Shown here piece by piece: positions 12,489-25,165 of a stretch of DNA of 64,000 nt. The DNA comes from Nymphaea colorata. Its lineage: Eukaryota. Position 1 is the first letter of the stretch. Every line of letters begins with the position of its first letter. The position numbers and the translations under genes are program-made. The stretch lies in the NCBI RefSeq assembly GCF_008831285.2, contig NC_045138.2:12462001-12526000 (forward strand), given 5' to 3'. Under the pieces are notes generated by a model. It was not told where the DNA came from. It made no database searches and worked only from the letters and a program-made list of their open reading frames with translations.

Positions 12489-13810
12489 GGAAAAGTTGAC
12501 AGATAAGTGACCCTTATTGTTACTTTATAGAACCGTACATGAGATTTTCACCTCATACGGCTCCTCATTCAATTCTTTCGAAGAAATTGGATCCGTTTCC
12601 TCGTTTTGAGAATCTCCCCCTTCTTCCACTCCGTCTCAAAGAGTAACTAGGACCAATTCAGCCACATTTTCATGTTTCAAGTGAACACTTTCCATTTTGA
12701 ATTATGATCAAGGGAGAAGATTATTCTTTTTACCAGACATATGTAGATCAAATCACAATCTTATAATCTTATACTAAGAATAAGAGATCCCCTTGTCCCT
12801 CATTCTTCGAGAATAAAAAAGAATCTTTTCGAGTTTGAAGTTGTCCATTTGGAATATGGTTACTTTTCTTTCTTTCTTTTTGTTCTTTTATTCCCTTCCA
12901 TCATTCCTTAAGTCACATGGGTTTGATCCTGTAGAATCCGATTCATTTTCTCATCGAACATAGGGTACAAAATCAATTAGATTGATGTTTTGGTCAAAAG
13001 TACTATGTGAAATCTTTGGTTTCTTTCCTCCCCCTCTATCAGTATCCCATAGGTACAACGTTTGAATCAATTTTCTTCTATATGAACCAATATTATTATA
13101 TTCCAATTCTTTCTTGATACCTCCCAAGGAATCTTTCATTGGCATGAGCTTATCCATGCAGTTATGCACTCTTCGAATAGGAATCAATTTTCTGAAAGAT
13201 CCAAGCTTTCATGCTTTGGTGGGTCATCCGAGATCCTTTCGATGACCTATGTTGGAGGGATATCTATATGATCCGATCAATTGTGCAAGGTCCACAGTAG
13301 CAACAAAACCAGGAAAAGTATACAGAAAAGACAATTCTTTTCTATTAACTTAGTATTTGTTAGTGATCCCTACTTGGTGAGTCCTTTCTTCCTTGATGAA
13401 TTGTTGGCACCAGTCCTCCATTTTGTGTCTATGAACCAAGGAGAAAAGGGGGCTTAGCAAGAAGAAGATTGTAACATGAGAGATCAAGAAGGTCAAGCCG
13501 TTTCAAATATACAACATGGATTTTGGTAATGCAATGTAGTTGGACCCTCATGTTGATATGAACGAATCAGTCTTTCGACAGAGGGTGAGTCAGGGCCTGC
13601 TAGTCAAGAGGATAGCAAGTTACAAATTCTGTCTCGGTAGGACATGTATTTCTATTACTATAGGTTAGGTGGGGTTACTTTTATCCTTTTTGTTCAAGTC
13701 TGCACATGTCAAATCAACTTCTTTCTTCCTTAGACATTGGGGTTGAAATTGAATTGACGAACACTCGATACCAATATTAATGTATATTTGTGTTTGAATA
13801 GAAACATAAA

Positions 13811-13882
13811 TGGTGGGTGGCCAAGCGGTAAGGCATCAGGTTTTGGTCCTGTTGCTAGGAGGTTCGAATCCTTCCATCCTAG
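13811..13882 (+). pseudogene. trnQ-UUG: Plastid-derived trnQ-UUG (mutated copy)
   Basis: TGGTGGGTGGCCAAGCGGTAAGGCATCAGGTTTTGGTCCTG...GGAGGTTCGAATCCTTCC has a TTG anticodon and a T-loop. Acceptor stem is mismatched. Lies upstream of rps16 as in plastomes. Confidence 0.88.
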
Positions 13883-16637
13883 ATTAATTTCATCTTAACT
13901 TAACAAATATTATTTGTTCTCTTTAATAATCTAAATTTCTATTTAGGAGCTTCACGTTGGTTACAGTGTAATCATAATCTATTCTTTATTACTAGTTTTT
14001 TTCTTTCTAGTTTGGTTTTTAATGTTAATGATTATTTTCTGAGTTAGACTTTACCTTTCTATTATGTTTGCTACATATGGAATTCACTTTCAATGATTGA
14101 CACATGTATAAAAAATTCATGATTTTGGTATAGGCGTGTGTGAAGCATAGACATAGATCCATTGAAAAGATATTTTTTTTTATTTAATTCAAAATTGGAT
14201 TATTCAGTCTATGTTTGTACTGTTCATATTCGAGTTAGTCAAAAGAAATTTTATGATTGAATCTAGAAAATTCTGATTTTTGCATGATCCATTCTGAGTC
14301 AAAATCTGAAAGAAACCTCTTCTAACTTTTCATGAATGGTAAAGCAAATATGGTAATCACATCTCATTGAATAATTATCCCAATTTAGAATTCATTTTAT
14401 TTGGGTTCTAGCGAGGGTTCGAGTTCGTCGTACCAATTCCATCAATAGGATTCGAGTCCTAAGACTATACTAAAATGAAAAAATGGAAATAAAAAATGGA
14501 ACTGGACCTGTTTTGTTTTGCAGTTATACATGACTGGTATTGGTATAGCATGCACCTTATAAATCTTATAAGAAAAGAAGCTTCTTTTGTTGGTGGGGTA
14601 AATCCAGATGAAATGTTGTGATGTGCTGATGAACAATGGAGAGTATCAATTCCAATATCTATGGTTATTCTTGATTTCATCAACAAAAAATCAAGTTCAA
14701 TAGGAATAGATGCATCGTATTGTAACCAATTTGCATATGGTTACTGATGAATAGTGGAATTGTAAATCAATTGATATGCAGAATCGTGCACTTAATTTAC
14801 TTGACTTTATAGAATGACTCTAGAAGCAAAAAGCAAAATATGCCAAAAAGAAGCATGCCACCGTTTTGTATTGTTATTGTTCTATTTCAGTAATAAACAA
14901 CAAACAGTCTTTGGTTTCGGTCAGAAATTTCTGTAATGCCTTAAAATATCTATGATTACTTGCAGTAACAACTGTATATCTAACATAACCCCATGGATCC
15001 TAAAAGATCATGTTGCTTTGATTTTGATATTCTCAATCAGATTTAAGGACAAATCGAGGACGTCCACTTTATCTTATTTTATTTACTTTATTGTGTCTTT
15101 TTTTATTCAGTTTTTTACTTTTACTATATTTCTTATTATGTTTGATGCTGATGAACAAAGAAATGAAATTAGTTTTAGATATTGTTTCTCGTCCCGTTTA
15201 TCTGGCTTAGACAGTTGATGATTTAAGGAAAAACAAAATTAAATTTAATGTTATTATGATGATCAAAATGATCAAATTGACAACTAGGAGATATCCGTAA
15301 TTACAGTTATTCAGATATCAAATTCAGTCTTTACACAAGAACTGCTTTCCATCAATAGCAATGATGGCAAAGTACAAGTTTTCGCTTGGTACTTTCCAGC
15401 TCATTGGCATGGCTTAATCAGTTACTAACTCATTCATTTCTGGTATTAGAAATCCAATCAAAGATCTTTAGTTTAGTTTAGTTTAGTCGTTCGAGTAAGA
15501 ATTGTCTCATTTCATTCATGACTGATCGTCACAAATGATCAGGTTGTTAACGAACTTCTTGTTTATTTGTCTTTTTTTTATAAATGGTGAAATAAAAGAT
15601 TCATATGCTAGAATAAGGGGACAAACTGGATACTTGTTAAATATACATATGCGTCCATGGGGAATATCAAAAAATAGAATAAATGATCAATGAATGACTA
15701 TTCATGATCAATTCCATATTGAATCAATTCTATACCAATTCTGAATTATAGGAAGTTTTGTAATGGTAAAACTTCATTTCAAACGATGTGGTAGAAGGAA
15801 ACATGTGACTTGAATGACATGATCGGCTATGGATTTTGACATCCATAATCTTCAATGAGGATGCTCTTGGCTTGTCATATTTTGTTCTGTTTCATCATTA
15901 CTCCATGTTGTTGGGTTTTAATGTAAATAAAATAGTACATGATGGAGCTCGAGAATAAATGATTATCAAGGCAGGATCTAGGGTTAGTGCCAATTAATAA
16001 TTTGGAGTGGATTTGTGAGTATATTTTCGTATAAAAGATCAAATTGGATTCATTTAAATAAAAAAGTTTGCTGTAATTGGGGAGACTATTTCGATGATAA
16101 AGAAGTGTATCACAAGGGAATTAATGGAATTGAATCGTTAGTATGATTCTTCGACGTAAAGAAATAGCCAAAAGGTATGTTGCTGCCATTCCAAAAGATT
16201 AAAGATCACCAAAGTAATGTCTAAATCTAATGATCCAAGGACAAGTGACTCCAAAACAAGAAAACACCATTTTCAATGACTGTCTCAATCAAGTGGGTTG
16301 GATCATAATAAGTAAGAAATGGAAATATATTTAGACAAGACGAAAAGGGGTTATAGACCGCTCAATAAATATTTAGTTAAGGATTTTTTAAGGATTTCTT
16401 TTCTAGTCCTTTAAGAATTACTCAACTTGAGTTATTAGGACGAATGATTTTTTTTTTTTTATAGGAAGGAAGAAGGAAGAAAGATGACCCCAATGATAAT
16501 TTAATTGATAATTTCAAGGATCCGTTTGCTATAGATTTATACCCATAAATTTTAATCATTCTTCCTCAAACCGTAATAGGAGAAAACTTCCTATACCTTT
16601 CTATGGGGAGGGGGTATTGTCCATCCATCTATCCCAA

Positions 16638-17750
16638 CCCGACCCGTCACTTAAGTGACGGGTGGCAGAAAAGGAGGGCACCATCAACACTTAAGTGACG
16701 GGCGGGAGAAAAGGAGGGCACCTGATGGTGCCCCTCTCTTACATCTCTCTCTCTCGTTTCTTCTTTTGGAGAAAAAGAAAGAAGGGTTTTCTTCTTGGGT
16801 GGCTGCTCACAGCAAGAGGAGTAGGAGAAGAAGAGAGCAAAGAAGAGAAGGAGAGAAGGAAGGCAAGAAGGAAAGAGGAAGAAGAGCATGGTTGTGGATT
16901 TGGGCAGCCGTGTGGGTTCAAGTGTAGAGAGAAAAAGTGAAGAAAACAAAGAAAAGAAAAGAAGAACATACAGTGATTTTTTTTCTTGTCATTTTCTTGT
17001 GCATTCATTCTTGAGAATGATTTATGCTATTCTCTGCAAGAAGAACAATATAGTTGTATTGCCTCTTTGAAGTATAAATATATATCTCTCTTGCCCATGG
17101 TTTTTTACCTCTTTATTGGGGGTTTTTCCACGTAAATTGGTGTCTCTTATTTTCTGCATTGTTTAGCATATATCTTGACGTATATTGCTGCAATAGTGGT
17201 GTTAAAAACTCGATCTTATGCTCGCAGCCATGTGATTCCGTTTTTCAACAGTTTTGTGTTGGTTTGGCCTCTTTTATTGTTGTTGAAGCATTCTTTTGGG
17301 AAATACAACTATAACAAAGTGGTATCAGAGCCAGGTTGGTTGTGTACATTCTTATTGAAGGATGAAGTCGACCCCCACTAGAATGGTCTCTCTAAATGGG
17401 AACAATTGGACCATATGGAAAGCCAAAATGGAAGATTTGTTGTTTGTAAAGACTTGTATGCACCCATTGAGAACCAAAAACCAGCGAATATGACAGATGA
17501 AAAATAAAAGTTATTGGACAGAAAAACCATTGACACCATCAAACAATGGTTAGATGACTCTGTTTTTCATTTGGTATCCGCAGAGACAAGCGCGAAGTTG
17601 TTATGGCAGAAGTTGTATGATCTTTACGAGAGGAAAACAGCTGGGAACAAGGTTTTCTTGATTAGGCAATTGGTAAATTTGAAACTTAGAGAGAGAAAAC
17701 CAGTGTCAGAGCATTTGAATGAAGTGCAGAGCATAATCAATCAGTCCATC
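16638..17750 (+). mobile_element. Truncated Ty1/Copia: partial 5' LTR (to about 17316), PBS, 5' part of gag
   Basis: LTR end ...TATAACA, then the tRNA-Met PBS TGGTATCAGAGCCA (17320-17333). Gag-like RMVSLNGNNWTIWKAKMEDLL and DRKTIDTIKQWLDDSVFHLVSAETSAKLLWQKL. Confidence 0.88.
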
Positions 17751-17769
17751 ACCTTTCTTTTCAAGTTTT

Positions 17770-18280
17770 TGGTATAGTGAATACTAATGGCATACAATTG
17801 CAATGAGTCCTAACCTTTCAAAAGAATCCTGACCTTTTTGGATTCTGACTTTTCCATAATGAGTTCTGACCTTTTATTTTTGGTATGGTTAATGACATTT
17901 TGTTGTACAGCGAGTACTAATGGTATTTTGTTGTCAAGTGAGTACTATTGGCATTTCATTACAATTAGTCCAGACCTTTTTGGATCCTAACTTTTCTATA
18001 ATGAGTCTTGACCTTTCAAACAGAGTCCTGACCTTTCAATAAGGTCAAGTGAGTACTAATGGCATTTCATTGCAATTAGTCCTGACTTTTTTGGATCTTG
18101 ACTTTTCTATAATGAGTCTTGACCTTTTAAACAGAGTCCTAACCTTTCTATAAGGTCAAGTGAGTACTAATGACATACAATTGCAATGAGTCCTGACCTT
18201 TCAAAAGAGTCATGACCTTTTTGGATCATGACTTTTCCATAATGAGTCCTAACCTTTCAAGAATGTTTTGACCTTTCCAT
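17770..18280. repeat. Tandem array with 111-bp period, built from GAGTCCTGACCTTT-like subrepeats
   Basis: GTGAGTACTA anchors at 17938, 18049 and 18160 (spacing 111), with a variant at 17777. Confidence 0.88.
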
Positions 18281-19321
18281 TCCATCATATGAGCCACCTA
18301 TTGAATTATTGCAATTGATGCCAGATCCCAAAGATAGGGAAGAGATCTTTGGAAAGTACGCTTTTACAACTCGATAAAGAATCAAACTTATTTAAATGTT
18401 CATGCTATTCTATATTTCCTTGGAAAAGGAGCTCAACCCATGGGAACTGTTCATGATATTCAAAAAAGGCAAAGATATTTAAGGAACTTCGAGTTAATCA
18501 AACAAAATGATTAATCAAACAAAATGAAATTAACGAACTCAAAAGATGGACAAGTATAGTAGCTAGTTCTAGTTTTGTTTAATTGTTATTTCGCCACTCT
18601 CTTGCTATATCTATACCTATTTGCTACTGTTCATATATGGTTTGAGATAATGTAAGGACAAAGAATTACAAAGAATTTCTTTGTCTTTTTATATTTATAT
18701 GAATATGAGAGGGATAGAAAGAGGATTATGTAATAACTAAAATCCATGAAATTATGGGATTACCATTAATCTAATGGTTTTCCTTGGGACTCCCTCACGT
18801 CAAGAAACAAGAGGTCAATGTTGGGGCTTATAGTGATAGTGAATAAAAATGATACTCTTTTTACCTACTTCTTCTTTACTTCACTTCATTTTCATTTTCT
18901 TGTAGTGCCAATTTAACACAAGGCCTTATCTTATTTATATTTAGTTTGTTTATTGTATTTTGTTTGATTTGTTTTCCCAATATTTCATTTGTGTTGACAA
19001 TGGTCTCTTGAATGAATAGAATACCAAAGAATTCGATCATAGATAAATTAATCTATTCTTGTGGTTTCATAGGTTTGGTTTTTGGCTTCATTCAAAGGAT
19101 TGGTTTGATGGATCGTTTGTGACACAGGAAGTATTTTTTTTATTTACTAAAGCTATACTTATATGTGAATATGCTCTTCTTTATTTTATAGATTTTTTAG
19201 AATCATAGTTTCTTCTAAACTTGCTGTTATTTTTATGCTTATGTTAGTTCAATGTTTTGACTTGATTGGTTCAGGAAATCAAAACTCTTGATTTTTATTT
19301 CGATCATAGTTAGATCCTTAT

Positions 19322-19358
19322 CGGTTCCTAACTCAATGGTAAAGTACTCGACTTTTAA
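19322..19358 (+). pseudogene. trnK-UUU: Plastid-derived trnK-UUU 5' exon, followed by the group II intron
   Basis: CGGTTCCTAACTCAATGGTAAAGTACTCGACTTTTAA|GTGCCGCTA matches the trnK 5' exon/intron boundary. matK follows downstream. Confidence 0.88.
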
Positions 19359-20087
19359 GTGCCGCTATAATCTTTTACACATTAGGATGAAGCGGATTTC
19401 TCCATACCATCGGTAGAGTTTGTAAGACCATGACTGATCCTGAAACAGAATGAGTGGAAAAAACATGTTGTATCAATGGATAATTATGAGAATACTTCAT
19501 TCTTATATAGTTATATCATATCGGTAAAAAATGTCCTTTTGATTCTTAGCTAGAATGGTTCAAAATTCATTTTCAATTAGGTGACGTGAATAAATGGATA
19601 GAGCTATATGGCTCAAATTATAAGGAAAAACCAAAAGCAACACATTTCTGTTCTTATTTGAATTTGAACGAATACCCAATCTAATTAGACATTAAAAATA
19701 TATTAGTGCCTACTGTGGGAAAGGGCTCTCATGCGAGTTGATCATTGATTCATTAAAAAAATCCTAACTGTTCACTGTTCTCCATTAGTGACTAGAGTGT
19801 AACTGATGTGTATAAAAAACGTTGTACTGATCAATATGACTCATTCCAAAGTCAGAAGAACAATTGGGTTGCAAAAATAAACAATTTCTAATACATAATC
19901 TCTTGTAACTATTCCCAAACGCGAACAAGTTAGATGGAAAAAGAGAGATGTGTTGATTAGATGTCTTGTCTCCAGGTATGTCAGTTTTTACAATATAGCT
20001 TGTTAGGACCATATCGCACTATGTATTGATTATTTAATAACCCAAGAAATCCTCTGCCACATGCGGTTCAAGTTTCATTGCAAACTA

Positions 20088-20533
20088 ATGCATAAATTGG
20101 AATGTGAATTGCAAGGCTATTTATAAATAGATAGATACCGGAAACAATGTTTCTTATACCCACTTTTTTTCGGGAGAATGTCTGTGCACTTGCTCAGGAT
20201 CATGGTTTAAATAGTTTGATTTTTTATGAACCCACAGAAAATTTAGGTTATGTCAATGACAATAAATCTAGTTCACTAATTGTGAAACACTTAATTACTC
20301 ATTAACAAAACCATTTGACCCTTTCGGTTAATGATTCAAGGTTCGCTAAGCCCATAGGAGTTTTTATTCCCAAAGGATACCATAGGGTTTTGCAGGAATT
20401 ATGGAAATTCCATTCTCGGTGGGATTAGCATCTTCTCTAGAAAGAGAAAAAATAGCAAAATATCAGTATCAGGATTTACAATCTATTCATTTAATATTTT
20501 CCTTTTTAGAGGACAAATTATCACATTTATATT
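20088..20533 (+). pseudogene. matK: Plastid-derived matK, 5' fragment
   Basis: [19 protein letters not shown]..., [28 protein letters not shown] and [16 protein letters not shown]. Truncated at the junction to petA. Confidence 0.92.
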
Positions 20534-20534
20534 A

Positions 20535-20756
20535 ACTTCTTGTTTCTGAAGGTGGATACATCAAGCTTGATCAGCCATTAATAAGTAATCCCAATGTAGG
20601 TGGTTTTGGTCAAGGTGATGTAGAAATAGTACTTCAAGATCCATTGCTATCCAAGACCTTTTGTTCTTCTTAGCATATGTTATTCTGATGCAAATCTTTT
20701 TGGTTCTTAAATAGAAACAGTTTGGGAATGTTCAATTAGCTGAAATGAATTTCTAG
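20535..20756 (+). pseudogene. petA: Plastid-derived petA (cytochrome f), 3' fragment
   Basis: [36 protein letters not shown]...VQLAEMNF*. Confidence 0.92.
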
Positions 20757-21965
20757 TCCATGGATTCCTCAACATCAAGCTGGCAAAAAAGCTGATTTTT
20801 TTTATCACAATTATATTATGTGTATGCATGGTCAAGAATCATGAAAAGCCCCTTTTTGCTTGCTTTTGATTATACTATATTTCAAGATATCGGTGATGAC
20901 TTGTATTCCAGATTAGAAAATAGCAATAGTATGGAATTGCAAAAGAAGATGATTAGATCAAAATTTTGTTTAGTGTGATTATGCTAGGTTTTTTATTGCC
21001 AAATGGTAAATGGCATGTAATGCTTCAATACTTTTGGATTCTCTGTCTAATAAACACATAAGTGGGAAGCAGGGATTGACACTCGCAACTTTGAATGACA
21101 TGTACACTGACCTTGACTTTGAAATTTGTTTACTTTCTACAAAGAAACAAAAAGGATTTTTCCGCTCTTTCGTTGCATTGAAATAATAATGGTTCTAGGT
21201 CTCATTCATCAAATCAAATAAATATTAGTGGCGGGTTTATGGATACCTCTTTGAATTCATAAGAAAGAAGAGAAGTATGGATAATAAAAAAGGAGGGGCA
21301 AGAGAAACTCAATTGAGCAAATGGAATTTTTGCAATGAACTTATAATTTTGAGTGAGCTTATAAAAAGAAATAAGACTCGCTTCAAAAGACTTTTCATGG
21401 TCTAAATTTGGGTCAAAAGGTGGAAATTTTTGGGTTTCCAGGCATATCAAAATCCTTATTATTTGATTATCTTATTATACCTTATTATCTGATCTCATCA
21501 CTCACATCAAAGTTACGGTTCAAACTTTATTTTTTTTATAGTTTCCTAGTTTCCAATTAGTTTAGTATAAAAATGATTTGTAACGTGTCTCCTCTATAGA
21601 AATCCATATTATTTTTGCCATTCAAAAAATCTTTCTTTCTTTACTTTATTCTTAACTTTGGAAAAGTCTATAGTATATCTATATATACTATGAATCAATC
21701 AGTGGATTCAACATTTCAGAAACATATAAAAAAGTTAAGGAATGTGGTAATTTCATAAGGTCCAATCAACTATTTTTCGTATAGAAAAATCTAGTACATG
21801 TATATATTATGGTTGTGTTGACTGGATGAATATCCACCTCTTATGGAATGGGTCAAGGTCTTGGTCGAAGAGTAAGAACTCAACAGGACGAAAATACATA
21901 TAAGGAGGGGTCAGGTCTTGTGGAGTTCTTACTCTTTCATGATTATAGTACCGTTCATCCGATTA

Positions 21966-22086
21966 TTACAAGGATGACCCAATCCAAAATATGAGCCATA
22001 GAAGAAAACATCGATTAAACGATCACAAGAGTACCAGTTACAGTACCTATTAGCTAAAGAGGAATCCTTCAAGTAGTATCGGCCAT
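21966..22086 (-). pseudogene. psbJ: Plastid-derived psbJ pseudogene
   Basis: ATGGCCGATACTACTTGAAGGATTCCTCTT... (MADTT*RIPL*LIGTVTG) with in-frame stops. Confidence 0.9.
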
Positions 22087-22202
22087 ATACCTCACTTCCC
22101 ACCCCATTTCATCTAGTGGTCATGCTATAAACATAAACAGTCATGGATAGTTATGGGTATGATATCATTCTAAATGAGAAAAGAGAATTTCCGTTCTTTC
22201 TC

Positions 22203-22529
22203 ACAATTGAAGAAATATACTCACCATACCAAAAAGGTCAGGACTGTTTTTAAAGGTCAAGACTCATTTGTATGTCATCAGTACTCACCATACAAAAAAG
22301 GTCAGGACTGTTTTGAAAGGTCTTTTTTTTCTTAAGTGAAACCAATTATGATGCAAAAATGATCTTGTTCTATCATTGATCAGAGATTTCTCTATGAAAA
22401 AATTGGAGCAGATAGCAACAATATAATTGGAAAATAAAACAGCAAATACAAAAATGAGTAATAACCCCCATAGTAGAGACTGGTACGATTCAATTTAACT
22501 TTTTGTTCATTCGGATTTGATTGTGTCAT
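22203..22529 (-). pseudogene. psbL: Plastid-derived psbL pseudogene, split by an insertion of about 200 bp (about 22218-22423)
   Basis: MTQSNPNEQKVKLNRTSL...LLLIFVFAVLFSNY lies at 22424-22529; the final YFFN codons lie at about 22206-22217. Confidence 0.88.
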
Positions 22530-22564
22530 AGCTCTATAATGAATTCAAATTATATTTATTTATT

Positions 22565-22684
22565 TCATCATTGGATGAACTGCATTGCTAATATGGACCC
22601 CAAGAAAAAAATGATAGGTATAACTAGTCTGTGAACAACCAACCATCTCACTTTGAAAATTGGACAGTTTCTATTTATGGTCAT
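22565..22684 (-). pseudogene. psbF: Plastid-derived psbF
   Basis: [38 protein letters not shown], located between psbE and psbL. Confidence 0.9.
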
Positions 22685-22693
22685 TAAAGCCTG

Positions 22694-22942
22694 CTAAAAG
22701 GATCGATTAAATTCATCGAGTTGTTCCAATGAATCAAAAAGACCAATTATTAACGGAATCCCTTGTCTGCTTTTTGTGAAATATTCATTAGGTTGAGGGC
22801 TTCCAAACATGTTGTAAGCTAAACCTGTGCTGACGAATAACCAACTTGCAATGAATAGGGAAGGTATAGTAATGCTATGAATGACTGAGCATCGAATACT
22901 TGTAATACTATCAGCAAAAGCACGTTCTCTACTTCTAGACAT
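22694..22942 (-). pseudogene. psbE: Plastid-derived psbE (frame still open, substituted)
   Basis: [82 protein letters not shown]. Confidence 0.93.
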
Positions 22943-23041
22943 GCTGACCTCCAATATTGCAGTCAAAGGGGATAAATCTCGTGATGTCCAATCTTTGTGA
23001 GATTGTCAATAATGTACCAAGGGTGTATTTAGAGTATACTG

Positions 23042-23770
23042 AATCACTATAGCGATATTTCTTCTGACACAACAATGTTGTTTCAATCAGCTTCGAAAGA
23101 AATAATACAGAATTCCTTTCTTCCTTTCTTGTTCCTTGTATAGGCCTAAGTGGGTGTCATGCAATAGAAAATTCCATGTAATATAATGTTTTACCAGTTT
23201 CGGGATAGGCTGAAGATCTTGGTAAAGATGACTCGATGACTTTTATTTTTTATTTAATTAATCTATCTTATCTAATAATGCATAAATGAAATTATCATAT
23301 TCCAACAATTGGATGCAAAATTTGGAATGGAGTTTTCATGGTTGTAGAAATAGAAAAAGATATTTTCATTCTAGTCCTTTCAAATAAGAGAGGTTGTTTG
23401 GACAAAATCACTATAGCTATCTTTCCTCTGACACAACAATGTTGTTTCAATCAGCTTTGGAAAAAAATAATACAGAAATCCTTTCTTCTTTTCTTGTTCC
23501 TTGTATAGGCCTAAGTAGGTGTCATTCAACAGAAAATTCCTTGTAATATACTGTTTTACCAGTTTGGGGATAGGCTGAAGTTCTTGGTAAAGATGACTCG
23601 ATGACTTTTATTTTTTATTTAATTAATCTATCTTATCTAATAATGCATAAATGAAATTATCATATTCCAACAATTGGATGCAAAATTTGGAAAGGAGTTT
23701 TCATGGTTGTAGAAATAGAAAAAGATATTTTCGTTCTAGTCCTTTCAAATAAGAGAGGTTGTTTGGACAA
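23042..23770. repeat. Direct tandem duplication (two units of about 364 bp) in the spacer upstream of psbE
   Basis: AATCACTATAGC...GAGAGGTTGTTTGGACAA occurs at 23042-23405 and again at 23406-23770, nearly identical. Confidence 0.93.
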
Positions 23771-23794
23771 TACAATAGCAATTAGTATTCTATA

Positions 23795-24663
23795 AGGGAA
23801 AGTGAACATAGTTGGAGCAGTCGAAATTCATGATGCAACTATAATGGATTGAACTAAACTGGTTTCTCATTAGATTGTTTCATTAGGTTCAATTCAAGGG
23901 TTCCACCTACATATTAAATTAGAAGCTCCATTGCAAAATTCCAACCTCGATGTTGATAGAGGAGAAGCTATGGGAACGATGGAATCTGTGACTGCGGAGG
24001 ATTCAACTGAAAATGAATCCTAATGATTCACTAGATGGGATGATGAAACACGCTGGGAGCGAACTGATTTTTTTAAAGAGGTTATGGAGCGACCCTACGA
24101 ATAAAGAAGATAAATATAAAAGAGTAAATATTCACCAACGAAATTTCATCCATTAAATAATCCTAACATTATTTATTGTTTATTTATCATTTCATTCACG
24201 AGGAGCTGGGTGAGAAGATACTCTTATGTCTAGTTCTTAGTAGAGATGAAATTGAGACACTACCATCAATCATAACCCCAAAGGAAAGAAGTTTCGTAAC
24301 AACATAGAGGAAGAATGAAATGAGTACCTTATCAGGGCAATCGTATTTGTTTCGGTAAATATGCGCTTAAGGCACTCGAACCTGCTTGGATCACATCTAG
24401 ACAAATAGAAGCAGAGTGTTGCGCTAACACCCATCATGGCAGAAAAATATGGGTATGTATGTTCCTAACAAATCCGATACACTAAGACCCATGAAAACAC
24501 AATGAGTTCAGGGAAGGGATCTCTCGAATATTGGGTATCCGTCGTTAAACCGGATCAAATAGTTTATGACATGGGCAGAGTATCATAAATCATAGCCACA
24601 ACCGCTATGGAAATAGCAGCGTGTAAAATGCCTCTATGAAAAAAATTAGTTATCCCGGAATAG
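23795..24663 (+). pseudogene. rpl16: Plastid-derived rpl16: intron part and exon 2 (24274-24663)
   Basis: Group II intron end followed by AACCCCAAAGG...CAACATAGAGGAAGAATGAA and [26 protein letters not shown]. Confidence 0.9.
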
Positions 24664-24795
24664 GGATGTTGGACCAAAGGGATATTTATGAATGATGAAA
24701 AATATAATCAATAATCACTCATTTACTTATTTCTGGATAAAAAAATTTCTTTTCCCCCTTGCCCCTTGCATTGAAAGAACTCGAATAAAAGAAGG

Positions 24796-25165
24796 ATGAT
24801 TCAACCTCAGACCTTTTTTAATATAGTAGACAACATCGGAGCTTAAACATTGATGTGTATTTAAATCATAGGAGCTAGTAATTACTGGTATGCTCATATC
24901 AGTGACATTATTGTTGCTGTAATCAAAGAAGCAGTGCCAAATCTGCCCCTGAAAAGATTAGAAGTAATAAGAGTTATAATTCTACATACATGTAAAGAAC
25001 TCAAGCGCGACAATAGTATGATAATCCGGTATGATGACAATGCAACAATTGTCATTGATCAAGAAGTAAATCCAAAAGGCACCCAAGTTTTTGGTTTGAT
25101 TGCTCTTGAATTGAGACAATTAAATTTCACCTAAGATAGTCTCATTAACTCTTGAAGTAATATAG
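24796..25165 (+). pseudogene. rpl14: Plastid-derived rpl14 pseudogene
   Basis: ATGATTCAACCTCAGACC start. [16 protein letters not shown] and [32 protein letters not shown]. Confidence 0.93.

Larger units (their letters stand above)
15763..18514 (+). pseudogene. rps16: Plastid-derived rps16 pseudogene: exon 1 15763-15802, intron to about 16637, exon 2 about 18290-18514, interrupted by Copia and satellite
   Basis: Exon 1 ATGGTAAAACTTCATTTCAAACGATGTGGTAGAAGG. Exon 2 includes [22 protein letters not shown]. Confidence 0.9.

Noticed and set aside
17770..18280. Regularly spaced repeats resembling a CRISPR array
   Set aside because: The units are whole tandem copies with no unique spacers, the context is eukaryotic, and no cas-like genes are present.
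22527..22529. psbL ATG start as a sign of transfer from edited RNA
   Set aside because: Introns and spacers are retained throughout the NUPT. The ATG could be genomic in the donor plastome or a C-to-T mutation in the nucleus.
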